The notes beneath the pieces are model-generated. The model was not told the origin of the DNA and ran no database searches. It saw only the letters and a list, made by a program, of their open reading frames with translations. DNA of 33,366 nucleotides from a virus (lineage: Duplodnaviria > Caudoviricetes), in IMG/VR virus record IMGVR_UViG_3300015050_000772, positions 1 to 33,366 of that record; one strand, written 5' to 3'. The position numbers were made by a program, and so were the translations under genes. Shown here piece after piece: positions 14,308 through 23,935 of the stretch (the stretch's first letter is position 1; every line of letters begins with the position of its first letter).

Positions 14308-17300
14308 TTAGAGTTTTTTGCCTTGACCGGCGAGAGGTTGATCACGGTCCTTGCCGCGGCCAGATTGCAGGGCCGCGTTGATCCAGGCTTCGCGTTCGGT
14401 CGGGTCGCGTTTGAAGGACTCGGAGACCATGGAGGCGTAACCTTTCATGGCGCGAGCTCGGGCAAGTCGTTCTATGGATTTATCGGAGGCAAAGCCCTTT
14501 GTTCCAGCCTGGCGAACAACTTCCTTGAACTCGGGCGAGGTCAGGAGGTCGCCAACGGCCTTGAGGGCGTCTTTCCGACCACTGGCGATAGCCTGAACAG
14601 CGCCGCCCATGAAACCGGCGCCTGTGGGGCCGATTGCCATGGATGTGGCGGCTTCCGTAGCAAGCCCGCGCACAGCCGCGCCCTTGGCCCCTTCTAGCAC
14701 TTTGCCGACCAGAGTTTCAGGCCCTTTGAGGGTGTCGATAAAGCCTTGATTTGCCTTGCCGTTGTGCAAGACGGACCGCTGAGCTTTTGCAATGGATTGG
14801 GAGACTTGGTAAAGGTCGGTCAACAACTCGTCAGAGCCCTCTCCCAGGGTCTTAACGACTGCGGCGTAAACAGGGGAGTTCTGACGCATCCCCTGGTACA
14901 TCTTGCTGTATTGCTGAAACCCGAATTGACCGCCTTTAGTGGTGCTGGCGGCATAGTTCAGCAGCGCGGAAGACAGAGCCTCCTTTCGAAGAGGCTCCGG
15001 AATGGTCTGGATTAGCTTAGTAAGGCCCTTATCGTCACCACGAACAGATGCACCAATGCTATTTCGCAGAGCAGGCACAAGAGAGCCACTGCCGTCCTTA
15101 CCAAAAGATTCAACAATCCGCTTCTCCAGTCCTTTGCGCTTGGCAACCAACTGCGTTGCAAGGCGGTATTTATCCCGCAGGGCATCACCCCCCACAGAAG
15201 TGACCGCCTGGAGCTGATCCTCAGCCATGGCTTTGTAGAGCTGCTTGAGAGAGCCCTCGTCCATGCTGCCGTATGGCGATTCCTTGCCTGCAAGAGCTTT
15301 CCCAATAAGACTGCGCTCGCGTGCAAGACGGCCATAGGTCACAGGCCCTTCAAACATTTTAGCGAGATGTTTCTCCTGTCCAGACAAACCTTCCATTCCA
15401 CCCATATCGGACACGACAGAATCAAGCCGCGCCTTTGTGGCCGGCATTTCTACGGGGTAGGATTTCGGCACTACCTCGTCAATTTCCTTGTAGAGTGCGT
15501 CCGAGGCCTTTTCAAGGTCATCGCGGGTTGCGCCAAGGGTGCTTTTGATCTTGTCGGAAACTGCGGCGATGTCGCGATTCGCGCCCAAGGCTGTCAAGGC
15601 CTCCTCCGCTTTGTCCGCGGCATCGGCCGCGACTTTGATCCCTCTGGCCTCGGCTGCGCTTCCCACTTGAGAACGGGTAAGCCCTACCAGTCGGCGGAAT
15701 TGTTCGTTGTCGGTCACAAAATCGGGATCAAGCTCCATCTTGAGACGCTCTGCGGCCTCCGTGACGGCTTTGTTTGGCGCTGCTTGTGCGGCGAGCTCTT
15801 CCGTAGCGGCCTGTTTGCCAAGCGTCCCGGTAGCGGCTTTTTTTGCCACGCTTGCAAGCTGCTCTTGCGTCATGTCGGCCACAGCCGGGGCGAGTTCTTC
15901 TGCAACAGCGGCAACCGGGGCGGCAGGCTGGGCCGGTGGAACTTCTGGCGCGGCGCGTGCGGCGACTGTCTCAGGAGCCGCTTGAACTGGCGGCACCTCT
16001 GCGGCTCGCACTGCGGCGGCCTCTGGCGCCAGCTCGGCAGTACGGACCGCGCCGGCCACTTGCTGCTCTACAGGAGCTCCGGACTTGGCAAGTACATTGG
16101 AAACACCGCGAACGGCGCCAGTGACGCCTTTGGCGACCAGGTTGGCCAGCGGGCCAGCTGCGCCGGCCAAAGCCACATCGGTTTTATTGAAATCGCCACC
16201 GGTGGCCGCCTGCGTCCCTTCAATCGCAGCCTGGGTAGCGGCGCCACCAGCGGCCATGCCTCCAAGAGACGTAGCGCGGCCGGCAGGGGTGAAGGCGCCA
16301 ACGGCACCAATCACACGCGGGATATCGCCCACTGCCAAACCGGGGGGCACAGCATATTCTTTGCCGTCAACAGAGCTTTTCAGGATGGGATTACCCATCT
16401 CATCCTGTCGCACCGTCACGCCAGGAAATTGGGCCTGGATGATCTTTACGGCCTCATCAGTGGGTGCAAACATCGTGCCCAGGCCGGTTTTAGCCGATGC
16501 CGCGGACAACTGGTTTAGCTCTGGCATTCCTGTCCACTCAGGCAGGGTCGCGGTTTCTCCGCTGGCGCGCAGATTCCCTGTGAAAACGTCTTTTATGCGG
16601 TCCACCATCCCGGGCTGCTCAGGAGGCGTGAGGGTCATACCTTCTGGCAATTTGGCCGCGCCAGACTTCACATCCCCCTCAAACTCCGCCCTCTGTTGCG
16701 GCGACATCTTGCCGGAAACATAAGCCTCTATCACCCCATCTGGAACAACGTCCGACACCGGGGCAACTTTCAGTGAGGCCTTGCGCGGCAACAAGATAGA
16801 GCCGGAATTCACATCGGCTTCAAACTCCTTTTCCTGCTCTGGCGACATCTTTCCGGCCTGGTAGGCTTCGTAAATCTTCGCGATGCTGGGCTGTTGCGGG
16901 CGACTGGCCGCGAGCTCGCTGGACAGGCTGCGGGCACCGGAGGGCTGGGCGGCTGTCGTGGCCTCGCCCTTGGGGCGCCCCATCATCACGCGGTTGACAT
17001 AGGCCTTTGTCTGAGGGCCGTGGTTGGCCGTATTGGTGCCTCCGATGTACTCACGCGCAGCGGCGGCGGGATCTTGGCCGTTGCGGTCGAGTGATTCTTT
17101 CAACAGGTAAGCCTTGCCGAGAGTGGAGGCCTCATCAGACGCCCACGGATCGACGCCGTACTTGTCCAGCACAAGCTTCCGGGTGGTAGGCGTGAACTGG
17201 TTGACGGTCTTCGCGCCGGCAAAAGACACTTGATCGGGGTTGGAGCGCTCGCCGTTAAGACGAATCGAGGCCATCAGCCACTCAGGAACGCCCACCTGGG

Positions 17301-17355
17301 ATGCATATTTCGCGTCCAGTTCGTCGTACACAGGGTCTTTAAAGGAGGTAGCCAT
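14308..17355 (-). CDS. Large DNA ejection protein with N-terminal lytic transglycosylase (SLT-like) domain
   Basis: GVPEWLMASIRLNGERS...VSFAGAKTVNQFTPTT...AAREYIGG...TKAYVNRV; P22 gp16 position. Confidence 0.8.
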   Translation of the reverse strand: MATSFKDPVYDELDAKYASQVGVPEWLMASIRLNGERSNPDQVSFAGAKTVNQFTPTTRKLVLDKYGVDPWASDEASTLGKAYLLKESLDRNGQDPAAAAREYIGGTNTANHGPQTKAYVNRVMMGRPKGEATTAAQPSGARSLSSELAASRPQQPSIAKIYEAYQAGKMSPEQEKEFEADVNSGSILLPRKASLKVAPVSDVVPDGVIEAYVSGKMSPQQRAEFEGDVKSGAAKLPEGMTLTPPEQPGMVDRIKDVFTGNLRASGETATLPEWTGMPELNQLSAASAKTGLGTMFAPTDEAVKIIQAQFPGVTVRQDEMGNPILKSSVDGKEYAVPPGLAVGDIPRVIGAVGAFTPAGRATSLGGMAAGGAATQAAIEGTQAATGGDFNKTDVALAGAAGPLANLVAKGVTGAVRGVSNVLAKSGAPVEQQVAGAVRTAELAPEAAAVRAAEVPPVQAAPETVAARAAPEVPPAQPAAPVAAVAEELAPAVADMTQEQLASVAKKAATGTLGKQAATEELAAQAAPNKAVTEAAERLKMELDPDFVTDNEQFRRLVGLTRSQVGSAAEARGIKVAADAADKAEEALTALGANRDIAAVSDKIKSTLGATRDDLEKASDALYKEIDEVVPKSYPVEMPATKARLDSVVSDMGGMEGLSGQEKHLAKMFEGPVTYGRLARERSLIGKALAGKESPYGSMDEGSLKQLYKAMAEDQLQAVTSVGGDALRDKYRLATQLVAKRKGLEKRIVESFGKDGSGSLVPALRNSIGASVRGDDKGLTKLIQTIPEPLRKEALSSALLNYAASTTKGGQFGFQQYSKMYQGMRQNSPVYAAVVKTLGEGSDELLTDLYQVSQSIAKAQRSVLHNGKANQGFIDTLKGPETLVGKVLEGAKGAAVRGLATEAATSMAIGPTGAGFMGGAVQAIASGRKDALKAVGDLLTSPEFKEVVRQAGTKGFASDKSIERLARARAMKGYASMVSESFKRDPTEREAWINAALQSGRGKDRDQPLAGQGKKL

Positions 17356-18678
17356 TTACCGCCCAAAGTCCATATAGCCGGTAGCGTTTTTCACTTTCGG
17401 CGCATCGTTTTGTGTGCGCCGAATGAATTCAGTAAACGTTGTGCCAGCCGGCACCGTGACAGCGCCGATGGTGATGTCTTTGGGGGTGGTGCGAAGACTT
17501 CCGACACCGCTAATCCACTCGGCCTTTGCGTCTTCCTTTTGCGCAATCGCTTTTTGCACGTTGGCATAGGACTTGAGCCAGTTTGCGATGTACTCGGGGG
17601 ACTGGTTTTCGCTCGGAAAGCCGTCTTTCATCAGCGCAATGTCCTTGTCTGACGCCGGGCCGGGCGGAAGATCGGACAAGAGGCCTTGATTGCGGATGCG
17701 TACATAATCCTGGCGCAATGCTGTGTAGCCATCCTCGCTACCGGTGATCTTCTTGGCGTTTTCAGCCAGCCAGCGCAGAGGACGGCCGCCTACAGTGTTT
17801 TTCTCGGATACAAGCGCCTCGGCAAGCCCAGAAGCGCGATCCGACGCCGTGCGCGAGGTAATCGAATTGCCGACCGATTCAGCCTGCAACTTTTCCATCC
17901 CGGCTGAGAGCTCAGGTACGCCTTGACCCCTCTTGAGTTTTTCCAGCGTGGTATCAAAGTCCAGATTGAACTTCTCGCGGTCCAGCCCCAAGCGGTCCCC
18001 GCGTTCGGCAATCTTGCTCCAGGTGTCGGCAATATCGGCTTTGATTTTCGGGTCTGCATAGCGAGCCTCGACACTGGCCTTGATGGCATCCGCTTTCTTT
18101 TTGGCGAGTTCAGCCGGCGCCTGATCCGCTGCGCGGCCTTCTTCACCCATGCTTTTAACGGATGTGAAGTATTTGTCACCACCTGGAACTGCCGCAATGG
18201 ACGCCCCGATCATGGTACGGGCGTAGTCAGGCGCCTCCTTGATCATGTCGCGATACATCTTGATCTGGCCGGCGCGCTGGGTGTCGCCTGAGTTTTCGGC
18301 CGCCTTCAATTGCGTTTCAATCGTCTCCAAGGCAATATCGGCCCGCCCCGATTGAAGGGCGCTAAAGAGCTTGGATGCATCGCCTATGACGGCCTGCTGC
18401 CGCCCGCTGTCCAGCCGATCCCACTGATCCTTGATTGAATCTCGAAATTTCGGGTTAATTGCCGCAACCGCGCCGTAATCCTGAACCGTGGCGTTTGGGT
18501 TGCTCAGCACCATTTGAAGGGCGCGCTGCCCTTGCTGGGCCGCCTGCTGTGCCTGCAATGCGGCCTGCTGCTGCTGTTTTTCCATGCCAATGGCATCCAG
18601 CGTCATGCCGGTTTTTACGCCCTGCATCAAAGCGTCGGAGGGGTTAACCTGCATTGCGGTGTAGTTGATTGGGGTCAT
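17356..18678 (-). CDS. DNA ejection protein (P22 gp20 position)
   Basis: Helical, Q/A-rich; PPGPASDKDI motif; synteny. Confidence 0.8.
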   Translation of the reverse strand: MTPINYTAMQVNPSDALMQGVKTGMTLDAIGMEKQQQQAALQAQQAAQQGQRALQMVLSNPNATVQDYGAVAAINPKFRDSIKDQWDRLDSGRQQAVIGDASKLFSALQSGRADIALETIETQLKAAENSGDTQRAGQIKMYRDMIKEAPDYARTMIGASIAAVPGGDKYFTSVKSMGEEGRAADQAPAELAKKKADAIKASVEARYADPKIKADIADTWSKIAERGDRLGLDREKFNLDFDTTLEKLKRGQGVPELSAGMEKLQAESVGNSITSRTASDRASGLAEALVSEKNTVGGRPLRWLAENAKKITGSEDGYTALRQDYVRIRNQGLLSDLPPGPASDKDIALMKDGFPSENQSPEYIANWLKSYANVQKAIAQKEDAKAEWISGVGSLRTTPKDITIGAVTVPAGTTFTEFIRRTQNDAPKVKNATGYMDFGR

Positions 18679-19670
18679 AGTCCTGCCCTCGTTCCGCCGT
18701 ATGCCGACCCTTGTCCGATGGAATAACCGCCATCGGTGACAGCCGGCGCGAACAGCGAGCCCGATCCGGCAAATTTGTTTGCGAACTGGCCGCCGATATT
18801 GCCCAGCGCGGAAATGTTGGCGTTGGATTGCCCAAGGATTCCCCCGGCCTGAGCCGCAGCACCTTGCTGCATGGCGCTCCCGATGTTGTTGGCATTTGCA
18901 AGACCTGCATTGCCAAGATTCGTAGCAGCACCGAGGCCCTGAGACGACAGGCCCCCAAGGTTGGCAAGCTGCTTGTCGATCAGGTTTTGAAGCAGGATCG
19001 GGCGGTTCTTGGACAGTGCGTCCTGAATGTTCCCGCCGCGCAGGCCCCCAGTCGCTGAGGCGTTTTGCAAAATGGCGTCCTCAGATTGCCGCGTGATGGC
19101 CTGAAAATATGGACTGCTTTCAAACTGGGCCATTGCCGCGGCCTGCTCCTGCTCGGGAGTCTGAGAGGGCGTTTCAGCGGTTGCGGCTGTTGCCGCGGTA
19201 GCTTGCGCCTGGCTGCGCTTTTGATACTCTGCGGCCAGACGGTCATAGATCGCCTGCGAATCCGCATCGGCCCCCCATGCGCGATTTATCGGAGTGCCGT
19301 ACTGTTGGGTGTGCGCCGTGTTGAACTCGCCAAGAATTTGCTCCCAGAGTGGGTCCCCACTCTGCCCTGCTTGCCAGGTCGTGGGAGCCGCCTTCGGGCC
19401 GCTTGCAAGGCCCCCCGCGCCCGCAGCGCCACCAGTCAGCCCGCCGCTGCCAAGGCCCAACAATACGCGCTGTTGAGACAGGGCGTCGGTGCCGGTCTGT
19501 GTATAGGGTGCGACGGCCTTTTGATACGCCGCAAACTGCCGTTGGAGCTCGGCGATTTGAGCGGCAGACGCGCCAGTTTGCACGCCAGCGGCTTGCCCTG
19601 CCGCGCTGGATTGCTCGTCTGAGCCGATTAGGCTAATCGCGCTGCCAATTCCTGTTGCGATATCAGGCAC
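18675..19670 (-). CDS. DNA ejection protein (P22 gp7-like)
   Basis: AGGAG RBS before GTG 19670; G/A/Q-rich; APYTQTG and QNASATGGLRGGN motifs. Confidence 0.85.
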   Translation of the reverse strand: MPDIATGIGSAISLIGSDEQSSAAGQAAGVQTGASAAQIAELQRQFAAYQKAVAPYTQTGTDALSQQRVLLGLGSGGLTGGAAGAGGLASGPKAAPTTWQAGQSGDPLWEQILGEFNTAHTQQYGTPINRAWGADADSQAIYDRLAAEYQKRSQAQATAATAATAETPSQTPEQEQAAAMAQFESSPYFQAITRQSEDAILQNASATGGLRGGNIQDALSKNRPILLQNLIDKQLANLGGLSSQGLGAATNLGNAGLANANNIGSAMQQGAAAQAGGILGQSNANISALGNIGGQFANKFAGSGSLFAPAVTDGGYSIGQGSAYGGTRAGL

Positions 19671-20094
19671 GTCGAAACTCCTGTGCGTAGTCTTCGAAGT
19701 GCTCTCCATACAGCTTCATGACCTCATGCGCGCTATTCATCGCGACCTCGGGGCCATGGACTATCAAAAGAACCTGGAGAACCACATCAAAGTACCCCGC
19801 ACGCCAGCCATAGGCCAGGTGCAGGTTTCCGCCTTCGCGCTCGGCCGTATCTGCTGCTTTCCATTTTAATACCGAGTTCGATATAAGCGGTAGCAAAATA
19901 CCTGCGTTTTGTATATAAAACGGGTTTACTGGAATCCCAACCAGGCTTGCGTACACGGCCTTATCTTTCAGGCCGCGCTCCATCGCCGTTCCGTCAACAA
20001 AGTCATCCCATGCCTGAATCACCAGGTACAGGTCTTCCAGGTACTTGACGGCCTCAGGCGGAAGACGCAACCCCTTGAGCGTTTCGGCGTTCAT
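19663..20094 (-). CDS. Helical protein with DDxxD motif (isoprenoid synthase/prenyltransferase-like) in the P22 gp14 slot
   Basis: LVIQAWDDFVDG; coupled to both neighbours; function inferred. Confidence 0.7.
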   Translation of the reverse strand: MNAETLKGLRLPPEAVKYLEDLYLVIQAWDDFVDGTAMERGLKDKAVYASLVGIPVNPFYIQNAGILLPLISNSVLKWKAADTAEREGGNLHLAYGWRAGYFDVVLQVLLIVHGPEVAMNSAHEVMKLYGEHFEDYAQEFRRA

Positions 20095-20417
20095 GATGGA
20101 AGGAATGTGACCGTTGGGAGCACGGTGTAGGTGATCGTCACGGCGTCAGCCATGAGCATCGGTATCGGACCGGCGACAACTCCAATGTTGAAAGACCCGG
20201 TGTTGCGGACGTAGGAGATTTGCGAGACCGTTCCACCCCGGACGATCAGGGTTCCATCCTGCGAAGCCAGGTAGGTATAGGGTGAGACTCCAACCGTTAC
20301 AGAGCCCCCGTCCTGTAGATCACCACTTTGAAGGGCTTCGAAGAATTTGATTGCTTGCGGATCTTGTGTGATCGTCGCAATCTGCGCCCGGGACAGCCTT
20401 GCTTGTCGGTTAGACAT
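20091..20417 (-). CDS. Small virion protein in the P22 gp26 (tail needle) position (108 aa)
   Basis: GGAG RBS; ATG 20417 overlaps the end of the gp10-like gene; beta-rich C-terminus. Confidence 0.7.
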   Translation of the reverse strand: MSNRQARLSRAQIATITQDPQAIKFFEALQSGDLQDGGSVTVGVSPYTYLASQDGTLIVRGGTVSQISYVRNTGSFNIGVVAGPIPMLMADAVTITYTVLPTVTFLPS

Positions 20418-21813
20418 ACAAGGGCTCCAGCTGCGCCTCCAGGCGCATGAAAGCTTCTGGCGTATCGTTTGCACCGCGAAAGCGAAGCCCGCGGTAGTTG
20501 TCCATGGCGCCGCATTGCACCCAATTGATGCGCTTGCGATACTCCCCTCGCCGGCCGGCCCCCGCGATACGCTCATCCGACCATGTCAGCCCGTCATCGG
20601 TGTAGCTGAAAAAAATCTGTGGGTTGCGGCCCATGGGAGAGCGCCCCGAAGCGGCAACCAGTTCCAATTCATGGATGATTGCGCCCTTGGAAGCGTTATA
20701 GAGATAAGCCGTGTCGAACTGCCATCCCACAATTTCATCGTATTGGGTTGTTACGGTATTGGTCAGGCGTCCTATGTCATAGGTTGTTTTATCCCCGCAA
20801 AACCATTGGTTGAAGCAAAAAATGAAATTCTTGGCGCGGTAGGTTTCCTCAACTCCAGAATCAGAGTGCAGGCTGAACCAAATCAGCTGCTGAAAAGCAG
20901 CCGAGGCGATGACATCAAATACCCATGTTTCGCGGGGAAGGTGCACGTACAGGTACTCGCGGTTGTCAAACTTGCGCGTCTCCAACTGACACAAGGCGAG
21001 TTCGTCCTCTGTGTACGTGCTGATTCGCTTTTCTATTTCGTCATCGCTGATTTTTCGAACCTGCCCGCCAGCGCCCATATAAATCGCGATGGCTTCATTT
21101 CGCCCGCCCCCCATGAATGCCAGGGTTTCGGCGCAAAACACCGCAGCCCGAGTACCTACGCATCCCTTCGTGATCTGGGCACCTGAAATAGGGGCGAACG
21201 GGAAGCCGGCGCCGCCGATGTTGTCGAACACTTCAATGGTGAAGCGATTGAGCGCGTAGAGCTCGTTTCGAAACTTGCGCAGGCCCACAATGGCATCGGG
21301 GTCAACCTCGGATGAGCCATATTTGAGCGGGTCAAACAGAAGCGGATTCGTCAGATCGGACACAACGATAAACTCGCCGTCCGTACTGACCGTGTAGCCG
21401 TTGAGAAACAGGGAATCGACCGAGGTTCCCAGATCAGGATCGGTAACTTGGGTCAGCGTCGTGCCGTCCCAGTAATACAGCCGGCCACCAGAGCCAATGA
21501 TCAGGTTATCAAAGGAGTAGTCCAGGGCGACGGCTGGGCCGGTCCCTATATCGCCAAGAACCACAACAACACCCGATGGGCTGACGGTTACCAGCTTTGT
21601 GCCCATGACGCGGTAATGCGTGCCGTTCCAGACGATGGCGCCGCGGTCAATACCAGGCCCCAGCGAGAAAGAGATGATCCCCTCAGCCTGGCGCAGATAC
21701 CCAGTGCTGACCCCGTTCTCTTTCAGAACAGGGAACATGTTGCGCGGGTAGCTTGTGCGGACATCCGCCACCGCATCCGAATAGATGCCGCCGAGGATGG
21801 AAATCTGGGCCAT
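20410..21813 (-). CDS. Packaged DNA stabilization / tail hub protein (P22 gp10-like)
   Basis: 467 aa, beta-propeller-like; SSEVDPDAIV, SYTDDGLTWS, GRRGEY motifs; synteny. Confidence 0.88.
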   Translation of the reverse strand: MAQISILGGIYSDAVADVRTSYPRNMFPVLKENGVSTGYLRQAEGIISFSLGPGIDRGAIVWNGTHYRVMGTKLVTVSPSGVVVVLGDIGTGPAVALDYSFDNLIIGSGGRLYYWDGTTLTQVTDPDLGTSVDSLFLNGYTVSTDGEFIVVSDLTNPLLFDPLKYGSSEVDPDAIVGLRKFRNELYALNRFTIEVFDNIGGAGFPFAPISGAQITKGCVGTRAAVFCAETLAFMGGGRNEAIAIYMGAGGQVRKISDDEIEKRISTYTEDELALCQLETRKFDNREYLYVHLPRETWVFDVIASAAFQQLIWFSLHSDSGVEETYRAKNFIFCFNQWFCGDKTTYDIGRLTNTVTTQYDEIVGWQFDTAYLYNASKGAIIHELELVAASGRSPMGRNPQIFFSYTDDGLTWSDERIAGAGRRGEYRKRINWVQCGAMDNYRGLRFRGANDTPEAFMRLEAQLEPLYV

Positions 21814-21816
21814 TGA

Positions 21817-22131
21817 TCAACTCCAGCCCTCGCCGCTCGTAACGTAGAAGGTGCCCGCGGTGCCGAAGATGGCGGCAAGCGTGTGGCCTCCAGCTGGCGT
21901 GCCGCCCAGTTTGGAGATGATCAGAAAGGTATTCGGAAGGATGGGGCAATCTGCCGCCGTGGCCGCCGTGGTATCACCCGCTAGCTTGGTGCGCACAAAC
22001 ATCACCGCTGCGCCAAAGTTCGCCACCATGATTTGCTTGCTGGCGCTGTCAATCGCCACATCTTGCGATGCGCCGGCCGTGCCGGTAACGGTGCTTCCGG
22101 GCTTGGGGTAGAAGGGGGCGAGAATTGACAT
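21817..22131 (-). CDS. Hypothetical small virion protein
   Basis: AAGGA RBS; beta-rich; lies between the gp4- and gp10-like genes. Confidence 0.75.
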   Translation of the reverse strand: MSILAPFYPKPGSTVTGTAGASQDVAIDSASKQIMVANFGAAVMFVRTKLAGDTTAATAADCPILPNTFLIISKLGGTPAGGHTLAAIFGTAGTFYVTSGEGWS

Positions 22132-22140
22132 GGCGAGTCC

Positions 22141-22452
22141 TTAAGAAACGGTTGCGCCGAGGGCGACGACTTTCCAGGCCGTCCCGTTGGATACGGCGAC
22201 ACAGGCGGCGCCTGCATTGCCATTGAGGCAATACACGACGGAATAGGGGTTCGCCACGGCGGACGGAAGATCGGCCAACAAGTAGGACTTGAGCGGGACG
22301 GGCTCAAGGTTGGTATTGATATTGCCCTCGATGTAGGTCAATACCGCCGTCATGGGGGCTTTGCGGGACTGTCCATTGACGGTGCTGTACATCAGCATCT
22401 GATCGGACCCGACGACGGTGTCTTGCGTTGTGAGTTCGTTTACGGTCGGCAT
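22141..22452 (-). CDS. Hypothetical small virion (fibre-like) protein
   Basis: AAGGA RBS; C-terminal YLLADLPSA...VAVSNGTAWK resembles fibre-tip modules. Confidence 0.7.
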   Translation of the reverse strand: MPTVNELTTQDTVVGSDQMLMYSTVNGQSRKAPMTAVLTYIEGNINTNLEPVPLKSYLLADLPSAVANPYSVVYCLNGNAGAACVAVSNGTAWKVVALGATVS

Positions 22453-22460
22453 GTCAATCC

Positions 22461-22916
22461 TTAAAGTGTCAGGTCGCCATCAACGCCGGTTGTCAGCGGA
22501 TCACATTCCTGGAAGTAAGCGCGCTGGCGCACATCCTGACGATTGCCGACGCCGATGGGCATGGTGTTTGGGAGAACCATGCGTGGGATGACGTTGTTCG
22601 TCACCATCAGCGCGTTCTTTCCGTCTCTTGCTGAAATCTTTAGCTCGGGAGAAACCTGCTTGCCATAGCTGGGCGCCAAGGCGACAGCCAAAAGGCAGGC
22701 GAACGCATCAATGGCGGTATCAGGTAGGCCGGATTCATCGCTGATATCGCCACCAAGGCTGTAACCCTTGCGGATGCCGATGCCGTCCCATTGCGCGGCA
22801 AGACGATCCAGGCGAACGAGAGCCGCCTGCAATTGCTCCGGCGATGGGTCGAACACATACGCGGCAAGACCTATCTCGCCGAGAGCTTGCTCGATGATGG
22901 CAAGCTTCGTTGTCAT
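22461..22916 (-). CDS. Head-to-tail adaptor (P22 gp4-like)
   Basis: TTKLAIIEQAL..IG...LDRLAAQW...LAVALAPSYG...PNTMPIGVGN. Confidence 0.88.
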   Translation of the reverse strand: MTTKLAIIEQALGEIGLAAYVFDPSPEQLQAALVRLDRLAAQWDGIGIRKGYSLGGDISDESGLPDTAIDAFACLLAVALAPSYGKQVSPELKISARDGKNALMVTNNVIPRMVLPNTMPIGVGNRQDVRQRAYFQECDPLTTGVDGDLTL

Positions 22917-22919
22917 GGA

Positions 22920-23225
22920 TCAGCCCCTGGCTTTAGGCTTCGGGCCTGGCTTGGCCTTGACTGGCTTGATCACAGGCTCTTCGGGCGCCTCAGGTGCTGT
23001 TTCGGGCTCCGTCTTGACAGCGGAATCAAGCTCAGCCTCGACCTCCGCCTTCACGACGGCAACTTTGCCATCAAACGCCGCGATGGCGTCCGGCATGGTG
23101 AGTTGCCAGCCCTTGGCAATCGCGGCCTCGTAGTTTTCCTCGGTTTCAACGCCGAGAAAGTCATACGTACCACCCGCCCGCGAATGGGGACCCGGGCAGC
23201 GATAGAGGACGGTTGGCAGATCCAT
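22920..23225 (-). CDS. Hypothetical protein of the head module
   Basis: AAGGG RBS; PTVLYRCPG...GW motif; acidic then basic tail. Confidence 0.75.
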   Translation of the reverse strand: MDLPTVLYRCPGPHSRAGGTYDFLGVETEENYEAAIAKGWQLTMPDAIAAFDGKVAVVKAEVEAELDSAVKTEPETAPEAPEEPVIKPVKAKPGPKPKARG

Positions 23226-23237
23226 GATTTACCCTTG

Positions 23238-23264
23238 AAAAGGCGCCCAGCCGAAGCTGGGCGC
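23238..23264 (-). terminator. Rho-independent terminator-like hairpin
   Basis: Minus strand GCGCCCAGC-TTCG-GCTGGGCGC then CTTTT; 9-bp stem, cUUCGg loop. Confidence 0.8.
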
Positions 23265-23275
23265 AAGATGGCAAC

Positions 23276-23887
23276 TTACGAAAGGCGGTACGTGACGAAC
23301 GTGTCAGCCGCCGTCTTGCGCGTGCGAAAGCGTCCAGACGTTGCGGTTGCAACAGCGGCGGTGCCGACAATCGTGTGACCCGAAGCTGCCGCCGTCACCG
23401 TGAATGCATTTGCTCCCGTGGCGATGACAGACCAGTCAAACGAATCGTTGATGGCGAACGTAGAGGCCTGGTCCATGACGGCGCCAGTCGGAACGGTGCC
23501 GGCGACTGCCGCGGCGGTGGTCGAGGTAACCAGGCCGCCCATCATTGCGGCGGCAGACACGGCGCCGGTCACATTGACCGCGACAGGATCGCCCTGGACG
23601 AACGTCAGCAAACGCTCATCGGTAACCGGGGCAACGCCGATGTCATACATGACAGGGGCCGCGCCAGCATCAATGACGATGATTGCGCCGCCCGTGTATG
23701 GGCCGAACACGGTTTGAGCGGGAGCGGTGCTGGCAACAACCGTGCCCAACAGGGTTTTGCTGTTTGGCTGATTGGGATAGCCGACAATTCGCGACACGCT
23801 GGCGACATCGGCGGTCAACACCGCAACGCTTTGGGTTGCCGTGAGGGTGAACTGGACCGTACCTTGTGGATAGACAATGCTTGACAT
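23276..23887 (-). CDS. Putative capsid decoration/accessory virion protein
   Basis: AAGGA RBS; T/A/V-rich; immediately after the coat gene. Confidence 0.75.
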   Translation of the reverse strand: MSSIVYPQGTVQFTLTATQSVAVLTADVASVSRIVGYPNQPNSKTLLGTVVASTAPAQTVFGPYTGGAIIVIDAGAAPVMYDIGVAPVTDERLLTFVQGDPVAVNVTGAVSAAAMMGGLVTSTTAAAVAGTVPTGAVMDQASTFAINDSFDWSVIATGANAFTVTAAASGHTIVGTAAVATATSGRFRTRKTAADTFVTYRLS

Positions 23888-23910
23888 GATTTTTCCTTTG
23901 ATGGAGTTGG

Positions 23911-23930
23911 AAAACAGGGGCCGAAGCCCC
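23911..23930 (-). terminator. Weak terminator or stabilising hairpin after the coat gene
   Basis: Minus strand GGGGC-TTCG-GCCCC-TGTTTT. Confidence 0.65.
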
Positions 23931-23935
23931 CGTAA

